From positions 559 to 64,558 of the forward strand of contig DATLUA010000040.1 of assembly GCA_035533295.1 (NCBI GenBank): a DNA stretch of 64,000 nucleotides, written 5' to 3'. The DNA is from Elusimicrobiota bacterium. GTDB taxonomy: Bacteria > Elusimicrobiota > Elusimicrobia > UBA1565 > UBA9628. A program made the position numbers and the translations under genes. Shown here piece by piece: positions 62,671 to 64,000 of the stretch; the stretch's first letter is position 1, and each line of letters opens with the position of its first letter. The notes beneath the pieces are model-generated. The model searched no databases. It saw nothing but the letters and a program-made list of their open reading frames with translations, and was not told where the DNA came from.

Positions 62671-64000
62671 CTAATTCCCGCGCCTTTTCGTCGCCGAGTG
62701 AAGGCGCGAATACTCTTCCTGCAGGGCCGCGTCCTTGGGGCGCTTCCCATCTCCCATCTCGCGGATTTGCGGCTCGATTTCCCGCAAGCGCCTGAGCGCC
62801 CGCCGCCGCGCCAGCAGGACTTCCAGCGCCTTGCCGGAATCGGCGCTCTTTTTATCCTCCACCAACAGCCCGGAAGCGCACGACCGCTCGGCTTCTTCCA
62901 GGGATTCCAAAAGCCGCGCCGGCCAAGACGGCTCGCTTCTCACCCGCTCGAACGCCCGCCAAATGCTGCGGCCGGCGTCGGAGACAAAATCGTTCTCGGC
63001 CAGCGCCGGCGCCGACGGCCCGACGTTCTCGAAAACCAGCCGAAGAAGCTGCGCGTCCTCCAAGGGGAAAAAAGCGGCCGCAACGGCCTTGGGCTCCGCC
63101 GCGGGCGCTTTTTCCTGACTGCGACCGCCCATTTTGGCCAGTCCCCCGGGCCGGATCATTTCCCTGAACAGCACGTCCTTGGAAATATCAAGCGCCTGGG
63201 CCAAGCGCTCAATCCATTCACTCTTTAAAATCTCGTCCGGGACCTTGGCGATCAAGGCCAGGACCTCTTTGGCGATGGATGATTTTTTCTCGCGTGAAAT
63301 CGGCTTACCAGCCGTAGCCAAAAGCCTGTGCAGCAGAAATTGATCCGGACTCTCAGATTTGGCCAAGCATTCGTCCTTGAAAGCCTTGCCGCCGAATTCA
63401 TTGAGAAACTCGTCCGGGTCCTTGCCTGTGGGCACCATGGCCATACGCACAGAAAGTCCCTTGGACAATAACATCACGGTAGAGCCGCGCACGGCAGCAG
63501 CCTGTCCGGCCTTGTCTGAATCGAAAACTAGAGCCACGGTAGGGACGTAACGCCGGAGCAGGGCAGCCTGCTCCGGCGTCAGGGCCGTCCCCAGGGGCGC
63601 GCAGGCGATGGGAAAGCCGTGCTGATGAGCGGCGATGACGTCCATGTAGCCTTCCATTAAAATCGCCTTGCGCACTTTTCGAACGACATTCAATCCCTCC
63701 CATAAGCCGTAAAGCACCCGGCTTTTGCTGAACACGGGCGATTCGGGCGAGTTCAAGTACTTTGGCTCGCCGTCGCCCAAAGTCCGCGCCCCAAAGCCCA
63801 CCGTCGCGCCCCGCGCGTCACGGATGGGGAACATCACCCGATCGAAAAAATAATCCCGCGGCCGCCCGTCTTTGACTGCGACGAGACCGGCCGTGGCCAG
63901 AACCTCCCGCGCCAAGCCCTTCTTCTCCGCCGCGGCCCAAAACTCGCTGCCGCCCGGCGCGTAGCCCAGCCGGAACGCTTCGGAGGCTTGCTCCGAAACC
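62671..64000 (-). CDS. dnaG: DNA primase DnaG (C-terminal ~440 codons; N-terminal zinc-finger part lies beyond window end)
   Basis: TOPRIM-domain motifs (ILMEGYMDVIAAHQHG, VALVFDSDKAGQAAAVR). The reading frame stays open to position 64000 (...LGYAPGGSEFWAAAEKKGLAREVL...). The ORF track's 63915 'start' is a TTG inside the gene. Sits upstream of rpoD, as in classic dnaG-rpoD operons. Confidence 0.85.
   Translation of the reverse strand, partial: VSEQASEAFRLGYAPGGSEFWAAAEKKGLAREVLATAGLVAVKDGRPRDYFFDRVMFPIRDARGATVGFGARTLGDGEPKYLNSPESPVFSKSRVLYGLWEGLNVVRKVRKAILMEGYMDVIAAHQHGFPIACAPLGTALTPEQAALLRRYVPTVALVFDSDKAGQAAAVRGSTVMLLSKGLSVRMAMVPTGKDPDEFLNEFGGKAFKDECLAKSESPDQFLLHRLLATAGKPISREKKSSIAKEVLALIAKVPDEILKSEWIERLAQALDISKDVLFREMIRPGGLAKMGGRSQEKAPAAEPKAVAAAFFPLEDAQLLRLVFENVGPSAPALAENDFVSDAGRSIWRAFERVRSEPSWPARLLESLEEAERSCASGLLVEDKKSADSGKALEVLLARRRALRRLREIEPQIREMGDGKRPKDAALQEEYSRLHSATKRRGN

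Overview
This 64-kb window is from a high-GC, Gram-negative-type bacterial chromosome and is almost entirely coding. I found no rRNA, canonical tRNA, CRISPR array, transposase or integrase. Type IV filament genes and cell-surface proteins dominate it. Transcription runs on the minus strand across almost the whole left 44.6 kb.

The leftmost block (1-31835) is a single co-directional array of about 32 kb, in transcription order:
- a giant Ig-repeat (FlgD-Ig-like) surface protein whose C terminus resembles a type IX secretion system sorting domain;
- a FadL/PorV-family outer-membrane beta-barrel;
- a complete Tad/Flp pilus locus: two flp pilin genes (one missing from the ORF track), tadE, cpaB, a minimal cpaC secretin, a fused cpaE-cpaF ATPase, tadB with a long periplasmic extension, tadC and a TPR tadD-like gene;
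- a multi-component phosphorelay: a HAMP/PAS sensor, an atypical OmpR-like regulator with a degenerate receiver, a receiver-only protein, a Cache-HAMP histidine kinase and a hybrid receiver-kinase;
- a DUF2332 protein;
- a cluster of type IV minor pilin / PilX-like / PilV-like adhesin genes;
- two TadE-like pseudopilins;
- an FtsH-like AAA+ gene truncated by the window edge.

The next minus-strand block (31940-44624) holds a coiled-coil/beta-propeller membrane protein, a type IV pilin carrying a 40-residue polyproline tract, a second FadL/PorV-like barrel fused to a coiled coil, a DUF2723 GT-C-like membrane protein, tsaD, ctpA, an envC-like M23 peptidase, a truncated ftsX-like gene and a Pro/Ala-rich secreted protein.

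The plus-strand block (44717-58149) holds pntAA-pntAB-pntB, a 1054-aa TPR protein, an Ig-repeat protein with an OmpA-like C terminus, a secreted Ig-like protein, and two GT-C-type membrane glycosyltransferase-like genes. Returning to the minus strand (58117-64000) are pilD with two tandem pilA paralogs, then rpoD and a partial dnaG.

Structure not explained by genes:
- four copies of an intercistronic inverted-repeat element built from GGAACGG / CCGTTCC decamer arrays;
- a 70-bp near-identical direct repeat that duplicates a gene 3' end and brackets a 2-kb two-gene cassette;
- a (GGN)40 simple repeat that encodes the polyproline tract;
- a tRNA-like leader element behind a perfect TATAAT box;
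- palindrome clusters upstream of pilA2;
- a 14-bp motif shared by two promoters.

All protein calls rest on motifs I recognised by eye. No database search was run.
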